Part shown: in pieces, positions 57,265-63,264 of the stretch
Numbering within the stretch: the stretch's first letter is position 1
How the letters are laid out: each line of letters begins with the position of its first letter
Origin: Candidatus Uhrbacteria bacterium
GTDB lineage: Bacteria > Patescibacteriota > Patescibacteriia > UBA9934 > GWF2-40-263
Direction: 5' to 3'
DNA length: 63,264 nt
NCBI GenBank assembly: GCA_016188475.1
Contig: JACPHT010000004.1
Location: 1 to 63,264 of the forward strand
Translations under genes and position numbers: made by a program
The notes under the pieces: generated by a model
Databases searched by the model: none
Told to the model about the DNA's origin: nothing
The model's input: only the letters and a program-made list of their open reading frames with translations

Positions 57265-57308
57265 GTGGCCAAATATTTCCTGAGCCAGTCGAAGGAGCAT
57301 TTGGCCAC
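57265..57308 (+). terminator. stem-loop repeat (core TTCCTGAGCCAGTCGAAGGA) serving as terminator of the giant gene
   Basis: The sequence is gtggccaaat-atttcctgagccagtcgaaggagc-atttggccac followed by ttttgttttt. Confidence 0.65.
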
Positions 57309-57411
57309 TTTTGTTTTTCCGTCATTGCGAGCGAAGCGAAGCAATCTTCTGTTTTGTGTCATCTCGACCGAGGAGGCCAATAGCCGACGAGCGGAGAGAT
57401 CTCTCGACTTC

Positions 57412-57454
57412 GGTAAAGTTATTGCCTGAACTTGTTGAAGGCCATAACTTTACC
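57412..57454. repeat. stem-loop repeat, core GCCTGAACTTGTTGAAGGCC
   Basis: The sequence is ggtaaagttat-tgcctgaacttgttgaaggcc-ataactttacc, with a perfect 11-bp outer stem. Confidence 0.85.
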
Positions 57455-57614
57455 TTCGCTCGAGATGACAAAAAATCCTTGTGTCATTGCGAGGCCGAAG
57501 GCCGAAGCAATCTCTGCAAATCACGAGATTGCTTCGTCGTCACTGTGTTCCTCCTCGCAATGACATGACTCATTGTCTCCCTCTGTCCTACTCTGTCCCT
57601 CTTTGTTTTAAATT

Positions 57615-57646
57615 AAAAAATCCCGATTTGCAGAATGCAAACCGGG
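57615..57646 (-). terminator. intrinsic terminator of the lipoprotein gene
   Basis: On the minus strand the sequence is cccggtttgca-ttc-tgcaaatcggg followed by tttttt. Confidence 0.7.
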
Positions 57647-57704
57647 CAGTGATCCTCGCTGTAATCCTGAACGAACATCAGGCGAGCGAAGGATCTATGA
57701 CCAG

Positions 57705-58367
57705 CTATTCGACAAGGGTTAGGACGAAGTCGAATTCGTTTCCTCCAGGTGTGGCTCTGTGGTATGAGATCGTCTTGAGGTCTGCGGTGATGATTCCGTT
57801 GTACTCGGTTCCCCCTTCCGCAGTATAACTGAACTTATTGCCGTAGACCTCACCCAACATATAGCCCTTCTTTCTTAGAAGAATGTTACCATCCTCCATT
57901 ATGGTTTCAACTTCAACGTTGTCGTTGGACTCATCACTAAAGTACATCCCATTCGGCGCAAGTCCCCAGTCCCCTGGTTCGTCCCACGTGACCGTCTGTT
58001 CCTTGTCCGAGCCAACAGCAACGTACTTGGTCAAGAACAGGGCGTCAGTCCGCTTGAACTCGATCTGAATCGTCCCCTCGACTTCTGCCTTGCACGAGCT
58101 CGAGGCTTCGCACTCAAGGTTTTCGTCGAAGTAGAAATCCCCGACGAAATCGTTCGGCGCGGTCGCAATGACCAGCCCGGTCTTGAGCTCACCATTGGAG
58201 TCCTCTCCGTTGACATAGCCGTCTTCGTTGTAGCTGTAGTTGCCACCAGTGTTGTCGGCCCCTCCACCCTCGCAACCAGCGAGAACAAAAATGGAAAGAG
58301 CAACTGTGATAATCACGGACAGGATCAGCCCGGCCATTCCTATCGTGGCCGCATTGATCTGCTTCAT
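57705..58367 (-). CDS. hypothetical lipoprotein (G+C-richer than the genome background)
   Basis: The RBS is AAAGGAGAGG. The signal peptide and lipobox read ...LSIFVLAGC. No other motif is recognised. Confidence 0.7.
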   Translation of the reverse strand: MKQINAATIGMAGLILSVIITVALSIFVLAGCEGGGADNTGGNYSYNEDGYVNGEDSNGELKTGLVIATAPNDFVGDFYFDENLECEASSSCKAEVEGTIQIEFKRTDALFLTKYVAVGSDKEQTVTWDEPGDWGLAPNGMYFSDESNDNVEVETIMEDGNILLRKKGYMLGEVYGNKFSYTAEGGTEYNGIITADLKTISYHRATPGGNEFDFVLTLVE

Positions 58368-58408
58368 TTCCTCTCCTTTCAGCCCATTTTTGGGGCATCC
58401 TCATCAAC

Positions 58409-58437
58409 ATTTCATCACAAAACCCCGATTTTGTCAA
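58409..58437 (-). promoter_or_regulatory. candidate promoter of the lipoprotein gene (TTGACA-N17-TGAAAT on the minus strand)
   Basis: On the plus strand this reads atttca (58409-58414) and tgtcaa (58432-58437). The palindrome TCAG-N10-CTGA (58446-58463) lies 8 bp upstream of the -35. Confidence 0.45.
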
Positions 58438-58526
58438 GTTTGTGTTCAGTTTTGTTTTTCTGACATTACAGAAATCAAATTTCGTTTAACTCAATAGAAT
58501 TTCACAAAAAATCGATTTTTTCCTTT

Positions 58527-58542
58527 GTCAGTTTTTTCTGAC
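58527..58542. promoter_or_regulatory. palindromic operator-like site GTCAG-TTTTTT-CTGAC upstream of the rSAM operon
   Basis: It lies 123 nt upstream of the ATG at 58665. A near-identical site sits 122 nt upstream of the gene starting at 62664. Confidence 0.5.
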
Positions 58543-58578
58543 GTTATTGTTTTTTGACTAGATTTAGCTAATAATTGC

Positions 58579-58607
58579 TTGGCATATATTTCAACAGGTG
58601 TTAGAGT
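58579..58607 (+). promoter_or_regulatory. candidate promoter of the rSAM operon (TTGGCA-N17-TAGAGT)
   Basis: The hexamers were read directly. The region aligns with TTGACG-N17-TACGCT in the paralogous module at 62720-62750 (minus strand). Confidence 0.4.
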
Positions 58608-58664
58608 GATCGGTTGCGGTAGTCGCAACAAAGTTCATTAAATATAGAAAGGAAGGCTAAACAA

Positions 58665-59756
58665 ATGCTGCCAAACACATTCTGGATGGTTACAAATTAT
58701 ACCTGCAATAACAGGTGTCTCTACTGTTATGCAACTGAAGGATGTTCAGATCCAAGCCAAAGCCAAGATATAATGGACTTTGATTATGCGACAGAAGTCA
58801 TGGAGGAACTTAAAAGATGCAACGCCGAACATTGCCTTCTTATCGGCGGTGAACCTACATTGTATCCCAGGCTTCTTGATCTTATCCGTTTCGGAACCAA
58901 GATCGGTCTCAAGATGAAATTGGTTTCGAATGGAAGAAAATTGGTTGACCGTGAATTCGTAAGGCAATTGAAGAATGCTGGCTTGATTCACTCAAGTGTG
59001 TCAATCGAGGGGGCGACCGCTGAAGAGCATAATAAGATTACGCAATCGAACAGCTTTCAGGAAAGTTGCGAAGGATTACAAAATCTCATATTGGAAGGGG
59101 TTTCATGTAATAGTATACTGACAGTCAGCTTACTGAATCTTGAAGATGTCATACCCTTGGGGAGATTGGTTCACGGCTTCGGTGCCAAAAATATTCTTTT
59201 CAATTTCAGTCTCCCATCTGTTGGTACCAATGGAATTAAAGCTTGTTCTTCTCCGAACCCTCAACAGTGTGTTGATGTCATTAGTGACGCGTATCTTCGT
59301 CTTAAGATTGAAGGAATCAAAGTCGGCTTTTTTGCCACTTTACCACTTTGTCTTTTTGACCAAGATGTCCTCCAACAAATGATAACAGAAGGAGTGATCG
59401 GGAGAGACTACCATTGCCATATTTTTTATGGCACTGGCGCGGCTTTTGAGCCTAACGGCAACGTCCTTCCGTGCACTCACTTTGTGAATTCTCCTCTCTT
59501 TAACGCCAAGGGCACAGATGGTCACTTTGCCTATAGCGGTAGGTTTGATCATGAATGGGAAGAAGGGATTCACAAACAATTCATTGAAACGGCATGGCGA
59601 TACCCGACCAAACACTGTAAACTTTGCAGTATGTGGGGTAAATGCTTTGGCGGCTGTCCTTTTCTCTGGATGCATTTTAATCCTGACGACTTCATCAGAA
59701 AGGAGGTGATGCAACATGGAAGCTGTCCAACTCTTGCTGGTGCGCAAGGGAGTTGA
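58665..59756 (+). CDS. radical SAM / SPASM-domain peptide-modifying enzyme
   Basis: CX3CX2C lies at residues 14-21 (TCNNRCLYCYA), followed by the SAM-binding motif GGEPTL. The C-terminal SPASM motifs are CHIFYGTGAAFEPNGNVLPC and CKLCSMWGKCFGGCP. The RBS is AAGGAAGG. Confidence 0.9.
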   Translation: MLPNTFWMVTNYTCNNRCLYCYATEGCSDPSQSQDIMDFDYATEVMEELKRCNAEHCLLIGGEPTLYPRLLDLIRFGTKIGLKMKLVSNGRKLVDREFVRQLKNAGLIHSSVSIEGATAEEHNKITQSNSFQESCEGLQNLILEGVSCNSILTVSLLNLEDVIPLGRLVHGFGAKNILFNFSLPSVGTNGIKACSSPNPQQCVDVISDAYLRLKIEGIKVGFFATLPLCLFDQDVLQQMITEGVIGRDYHCHIFYGTGAAFEPNGNVLPCTHFVNSPLFNAKGTDGHFAYSGRFDHEWEEGIHKQFIETAWRYPTKHCKLCSMWGKCFGGCPFLWMHFNPDDFIRKEVMQHGSCPTLAGAQGS

Positions 59757-59850
59757 GGAGCAGGCTCCAGTCCAAGACCCGAAACGTACATGTTTCGGGT
59801 CGTGCGACTGTTGCGACTGCGCCGATTGCTCCTGCGACTGCGTCAACTAG
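59716..59850 (+). CDS. candidate RiPP precursor peptide, 44 aa, Cys/Asp-rich core (not in the ORF track)
   Basis: AGGAGG (59701-59706) lies 9 nt before the ATG. My translation is MEAVQLLLVRKGVEEQAPVQDPKRTCFGSCDCCDCADCSCDCVN*. It overlaps the last 41 nt of the rSAM gene in another frame and is followed by a terminator. Confidence 0.6.
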   Translation: MEAVQLLLVRKGVEEQAPVQDPKRTCFGSCDCCDCADCSCDCVN

Positions 59851-59862
59851 CCAGTTGGCTGG

Positions 59863-59895
59863 GCTAGAGAGAATTATTCTCTAGCTTTTTTATTT
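59863..59895 (+). terminator. intrinsic terminator after the peptide ORF
   Basis: The sequence is gctagaga-gaattat-tctctagc followed by ttttttattttt. Confidence 0.7.
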
Positions 59896-59927
59896 TTGTT
59901 TTGTGTTGTATTGTGTGTTTTACAAAT

Positions 59928-60605
59928 ATGTCAAAAATAATTGTCAAACAAAACATTGAAAAAGACGCATGGAATTGGTGGAGCGCTTGCAATAAAATTT
60001 CTTATGGCACAGATTGGAAACAGAGAATAGACGAAAAAATTCGAAGTAAATTAGTTGGCAAAACTAGAAAACAAGCTTTTCGGTTTCTGGTTCCTTTTTT
60101 GAAGAATTTATATAAAAAAGAAAATATTATTCAAAAAAAGAAAGAAATACAAAATATTTTCAATCAGCATCAAGAAGAAATTTTTTTTCGAATGCGGAAA
60201 GTTACTGGCAAGAAAATTTATCGAAAAGATTTTGTTTGCTATTTGACAACGTTTCCGAGAGCTCCATATTTTTATTCGCATGGTTATGTTTGGCTTCCAA
60301 TGATCTGGCCAAGAGAAACTTATGTGAGAACGTTCATTCATGAATTACTTCATTTTCAAACTTACGCTTATTGGCAGACGAGATGTTTAAAAAAGTTAAC
60401 TTCGTATGAATTTGAAGACTTGAAAGAGGCGTTAACAATCGTTTTAAATGAAGAATTTATAGATTTAATTATTTGGCCAGATAAAGGATACAAAATTCAC
60501 AAAAGTTTAAGAAATAAATTATTAAAATTTTGGCGAGTGAATAGAAATTTTGAAAAACTCATAAATCATGGAGTAACTATTATCGTAAATCAAAAAACAA
60601 CATAG
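59928..60605 (+). CDS. hypothetical protein with an HExxH motif (possible Zn-metallopeptidase), very A+T-rich
   Basis: The ATG at 59928 gives MSKIIVKQNIEKDAW... The motif FIHELLHFQTYAYW is at nt 60339-60353. There is no signal peptide and no obvious SD. Confidence 0.5.
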   Translation: MSKIIVKQNIEKDAWNWWSACNKISYGTDWKQRIDEKIRSKLVGKTRKQAFRFLVPFLKNLYKKENIIQKKKEIQNIFNQHQEEIFFRMRKVTGKKIYRKDFVCYLTTFPRAPYFYSHGYVWLPMIWPRETYVRTFIHELLHFQTYAYWQTRCLKKLTSYEFEDLKEALTIVLNEEFIDLIIWPDKGYKIHKSLRNKLLKFWRVNRNFEKLINHGVTIIVNQKTT

Positions 60606-60623
60606 CTATTAGCACACACGTTT

Positions 60624-60649
60624 GGGTCAGGTCTTGAATTTTAGAATTT
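60624..60649. repeat. 26-bp perfect inverted repeat, left arm
   Basis: The sequence is gggtcaggtcttgaattttagaattt. It includes the stop codon and the last codons of the transposase gene. Confidence 0.9.
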
Positions 60650-61504
60650 GTTATCTTTGATGTTGTTGATAATCTTGCTAACCATGGTGTAATGCAAATC
60701 AACATAATCAGCAATTTCTTTCTGAGAATATCCGAGTTGTGTGTGAGCAAAACAAATCAAATCATCTCTTATTTTTTTATTCTTCAGTATTTCAGAATCA
60801 AAAAGATCTTCAAGAGATGGCCGACCGACAAATCTCTGAATTCTAGGGATTTCCGTTATTTTCTCCTGATCAGTTTTTGTATCACGTACCCAATCAACAA
60901 ATTGTTGAAAACCAAGTACAATGCCTTCATTTACGTTTTCAAATGGGCTATTCTTGCCAATACCATCCGTTACAAATTGTTCGTATTTTTTCTGAGCGTT
61001 TGATATTTTATTATCGAAAAAATTTAGGATCCATTCTGTTGTAAGCCAGACAGGTTTTATTTCTTTTCCAGCAGTTGATAAGTAGCTGCTCCATTCCCAT
61101 TCAATTGGAGATGTGACTGTGCCTGCTCTTACTGGATTGAGCACAATGTATCGAGCAACCTCAAGCAGATAAGGATCTTTTTCGATCAGAAACGTCTTAT
61201 AGCGACTTTGAAACAAATGCCCAACTGTTTTGTGAGTGAAATTAAATCGTTGTGTATAAACTCCATTGAGTTGCCTCATTCCTTTTGACAGGTTTCCTTC
61301 CGGTGTCTCAAGAAGAAGATGATAGTGATTGTCCATCAGACAATACGCGTGACATAACCAGTTGTAGCGTTCAATCGTTGTTTTAACATTTTGGAGAAAA
61401 TTGTTTCGATCGGTGTCGTTTAGGAAAATTTTTTTTCGATTATCTCCACGAGTGGTAATGTGATAAAGAGCTCCTGGGTACTCGATACGCAAAGGTCGTG
61501 CCAT
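60641..61504 (-). CDS. Y1 (IS200-like/HUH) transposase with a C-terminal DnaA-type helix-turn-helix
   Basis: It has ALYHITTRG, the HUH motif (CLMDNHYHLLLE), the catalytic Tyr helix (ARYIVLNPVRAG...WEWSSY) and a C-terminal HTH (LGYSQKEIADYVDLHYTMVSKIINN). Confidence 0.85.
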   Translation of the reverse strand: MARPLRIEYPGALYHITTRGDNRKKIFLNDTDRNNFLQNVKTTIERYNWLCHAYCLMDNHYHLLLETPEGNLSKGMRQLNGVYTQRFNFTHKTVGHLFQSRYKTFLIEKDPYLLEVARYIVLNPVRAGTVTSPIEWEWSSYLSTAGKEIKPVWLTTEWILNFFDNKISNAQKKYEQFVTDGIGKNSPFENVNEGIVLGFQQFVDWVRDTKTDQEKITEIPRIQRFVGRPSLEDLFDSEILKNKKIRDDLICFAHTQLGYSQKEIADYVDLHYTMVSKIINNIKDNKF

Positions 61505-61525
61505 ATAAAACTATTGTAACGATCG

Positions 61526-61551
61526 AAATTCTAAAATTCAAGACCTGACCC
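61526..61551. repeat. 26-bp perfect inverted repeat, right arm
   Basis: The sequence aaattctaaaattcaagacctgaccc is the exact reverse complement of 60624-60649. It lies 22 nt upstream of the transposase ATG. Confidence 0.9.
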
Positions 61552-61580
61552 CAATGCTTCTATGCTGTGTACAACTGCCA

Positions 61581-61609
61581 TTGACGGACGGAATATTTTA
61601 GAGTATAGT
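61581..61609 (+). promoter_or_regulatory. strong sigma-70-like promoter (TTGACG-N17-TATAGT)
   Basis: Read directly. It is followed by the hairpin aaaacctcc-N12-gggaggtttt(tg)ttt at 61622-61655, then AGGAGG (61673-61678) and the ATG at 61685. Confidence 0.55.
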
Positions 61610-61684
61610 GAAATTACAAATAAAAACCTCCTATCAAGTCGATGGGAGGTTTTTGTTTGTGTCAAAAACATAAGGAGGAATGTC

Positions 61685-61915
61685 ATGTATCGCTTTTCGA
61701 AATGTTCTTTCAACTTCGCACTCGCCATTTTGATGATCGTCGAAGTCACCTATATCGCAACGAGATTTCTTCCAGATCTCGTTTCGCAGTACGAGTCGTT
61801 TTCGAACGACGATAAGGTCATTTACGATCCTGTTGAATCGTTTGGCAATCATATCGAGATCGATCTCAAAGGAGATGAGTGGATTCCTTGCGGATATCCA
61901 AATCTGACAGAATAA
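61685..61915 (+). CDS. small hypothetical protein (76 aa, one N-terminal hydrophobic helix)
   Basis: It has a strong SD, correct spacing and a G/C-rich third-codon-position bias like the neighbouring island genes. It competes with the antisense ORF 61634-62008, which lacks such signals. Confidence 0.5.
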   Translation: MYRFSKCSFNFALAILMIVEVTYIATRFLPDLVSQYESFSNDDKVIYDPVESFGNHIEIDLKGDEWIPCGYPNLTE

Positions 61916-61980
61916 AGAAGACCGGCCAAACAAAGGTGAATGACCGGTCTCAAGTAGAAAGAAGGTGACCCTGATGTTGA

Positions 61981-62664
61981 CTAATGAATTTGTACTAAGG
62001 AAGAACATAGTCGCATGGACATGTCGCCTTTCACGAGCGTTTTGAAAAGTTCATCCTTGTACTCTGGTGTTCCGGAGTACGCGCATAATGGCAGAAGATT
62101 AATCGTCTTGGCCAGACGCGTGAACTCGCACTCTTTGTGGTATGCCTCCAACTCGGCACGCCACTTTTTCGTACAATGATCAACTGGATCAGTTGATGAG
62201 CCTATAGGTTCGAACAAGAAAGTATCTTCCGGCAATGTTTTGTACTTCCACTGCCGGAAATGAATGTATTCATGGAATATAACAAGCTGTGCGTAATCTT
62301 TGTTACCGAATAGAAGTTGCGGTTTGACCATCAGCGTTGGCTGAAGATCTTGCGTATCCGACTCACTGCTCGATATCATTTTCTTTGGAACGAGCATGAA
62401 TGCGGCCGCGTAGTCGTCTGTCCACGAGACTGCAACTTCTGTATCCTCGATCGCTTTGTAAAGTTTAGTTCTGATACCTGGTGTTGGATGTGTTGCGAGA
62501 AGAATACGCAGGGATTCTTCGAGTTCATTTGTCGTATAGTTCACGATTGGAACTTGCTTTGTGCGATGTGTTTGACTGGTTGCTCGAGCTTCATCTTGGT
62601 TTTGACTGATGTGCAGAATGCTGACTCCGGCCAAAATGCAAATGATCAGGATAAGACACTTCAT
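61981..62664 (-). CDS. secreted hypothetical protein with an HExxH motif (possible Zn-metallopeptidase)
   Basis: GGAGG lies 9 nt upstream of the ATG at 62664 (Met12 of the ORF-track protein). The signal peptide is MKCLILIICILAGVSIL. The motif VIFHEYIHFRQW is at nt 62260-62274. Confidence 0.6.
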   Translation of the reverse strand: MKCLILIICILAGVSILHISQNQDEARATSQTHRTKQVPIVNYTTNELEESLRILLATHPTPGIRTKLYKAIEDTEVAVSWTDDYAAAFMLVPKKMISSSESDTQDLQPTLMVKPQLLFGNKDYAQLVIFHEYIHFRQWKYKTLPEDTFLFEPIGSSTDPVDHCTKKWRAELEAYHKECEFTRLAKTINLLPLCAYSGTPEYKDELFKTLVKGDMSMRLCSSLVQIH

Positions 62665-62785
62665 GATGACTTTCCTCCACAGGTTGTAATAGAACATGTT
62701 GCATCCATTGCAACTGACAAGCGTAACACGATTTTTAATTTACGTCAAGCATTTTTAGGCTAAATTTAGACAAAAAACACAAGAC

Positions 62786-62801
62786 GTCAAGAAAAACTGA
62801 C
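62786..62801. promoter_or_regulatory. palindromic operator-like site GTCAAG-AAAAA-CTGAC, paralogue of 58527-58542
   Basis: It is part of a roughly 85-nt module (62720-62802) that aligns by eye at about 75-80% identity with 58525-58607. Confidence 0.5.
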
Positions 62802-62884
62802 ATAAAAAACTACTGTTTTACATTGTCAAAACGGCCGGTTTTTGAGTTTGGTGATTTTGTGGTGTTGATCGAACAAAACAGAAC

Positions 62885-62921
62885 AAAAAAGACCCCGCAC
62901 CTTTGTGAAAAGGTGCGGGGT
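62885..62921 (-). terminator. intrinsic terminator of the partial gene at the window edge
   Basis: The sequence is gaccccgcacctt-tgtga-aaggtgcggggtc, with a T-run on the minus strand. Confidence 0.8.
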
Positions 62922-62930
62922 CAGATAGTA

Positions 62931-63264
62931 CTACTTGCACCCAGTCGCTTGTCGCCCTTCAAATGAGAGCGCTGAACAGTTGAGTTTTCCACTATGTTGA
63001 TCTCCGTTAGAAGGAATAGACATTAGAAGTGGAGTTGGCGAAGGAGCTTGAGTAGACTCTGGCGCGAAAAGGTCATCCAGATCGATCTCATGTTTTTCTG
63101 TTTTGATCCATGGCATTGCCGCTATCACAATCGCGATCGCGATCACTGCCAGCCGTGCGAACCAACTCGTCTTTTTGTCGATGTATAGAGTGTTTCCGGA
63201 ACGATACTTAGTCCGCTCAACCGTACGGACGATCAGCAGATGACCAAGTTTCAGAGCGATTGCG
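62931..63264 (-). CDS. hypothetical membrane-anchored protein, 5' end probably outside the window
   Basis: The ORF track gives a GTG start at 63146. I translated the same frame upstream (...AIALKLGHLLIVRTVERTKYRSGNTLYIDKKTSWFARLAVIAIAIVIAAMPW...) and it stays open to nt 63264. Confidence 0.45.
   Translation of the reverse strand, partial: AIALKLGHLLIVRTVERTKYRSGNTLYIDKKTSWFARLAVIAIAIVIAAMPWIKTEKHEIDLDDLFAPESTQAPSPTPLLMSIPSNGDQHSGKLNCSALSFEGRQATGCK

Noticed and set aside
58665-59756. Interpreting the rSAM/SPASM enzyme as an anaerobic sulfatase-maturating enzyme (anSME)
   Set aside because: This interpretation is not fully excluded. The size and the position of the Fe-S motif at residues 14-21 are anSME-like. 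However, no sulfatase gene is nearby, and a translationally coupled Cys-rich peptide ORF follows. I therefore favour a peptide-maturase role.
59340-59846. 168-aa and 73-aa minus-strand ORFs overlapping the rSAM gene 3' end and the peptide ORF
   Set aside because: They are antisense to a gene with clear rSAM/SPASM motifs. They have no RBS and look like a by-product of the locally G+C-rich sequence.
61634-62008. 124-aa minus-strand ORF
   Set aside because: It has no RBS, overlaps the end of the 61981 gene and lies antisense to a plus-strand ORF that has a promoter, a strong SD and island-like codon bias. The call remains uncertain.

Overview
This 63.3-kb window is low in G+C (about 40% by eye) and uses the standard genetic code: UGA is a stop, and RF2 is present with its UGA frameshift site. 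The gene content suggests a small-genome bacterium, most likely from the Candidate Phyla Radiation/Patescibacteria (Parcubacteria-like). That placement is an inference from an archaeal-type CMP kinase, a short YidC, cohesin/dockerin surface proteins, giant surface proteins and dense hairpin repeats.

Housekeeping genes:
- uvrA, rplS, cmk-like, rluD and cca.
- valS and argS, which overlap by 34 nt.
- A bactofilin gene, yraN, nusA and yidC.
- groES-groEL behind a CIRCE operator.
- prfB with the classical +1 frameshift site.
- A GalE-like epimerase, tsaC and rsmA.
- Five tRNAs, including an unusual tRNA-Ile(UAU).

Accessory content:
1. A cell-surface operon (10763-20228). It encodes two cohesin proteins, a dockerin protein and a roughly 1,950-aa fibre gene. 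The fibre gene is interrupted by a frameshift next to a 219-bp internal duplication.
2. A lipoprotein with a 7-bladed FG-GAP propeller.
3. A 3,153-aa cysteine-rich giant protein.
4. A RAYT/REP unit ('REPtron') with REP hairpins inside the transposase gene itself.
5. Several dispersed repeat families that also sit in frame inside valS, rsmA and another ORF.
6. A compositionally mixed island at the 3' end (about 57.2-63.3 kb).

The island carries the most interesting candidate system. A radical-SAM/SPASM enzyme is followed by an un-called 44-codon ORF whose C-terminal 19 residues contain 8 Cys and 5 Asp, which suggests a RiPP precursor. Two HExxH proteins and a Y1 transposase bracketed by an inverted repeat lie nearby. 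A roughly 85-nt upstream module is shared between the rSAM operon and one of the HExxH genes.

All coordinates for features not in the ORF track were counted by hand and may be off by 1-2 nt.
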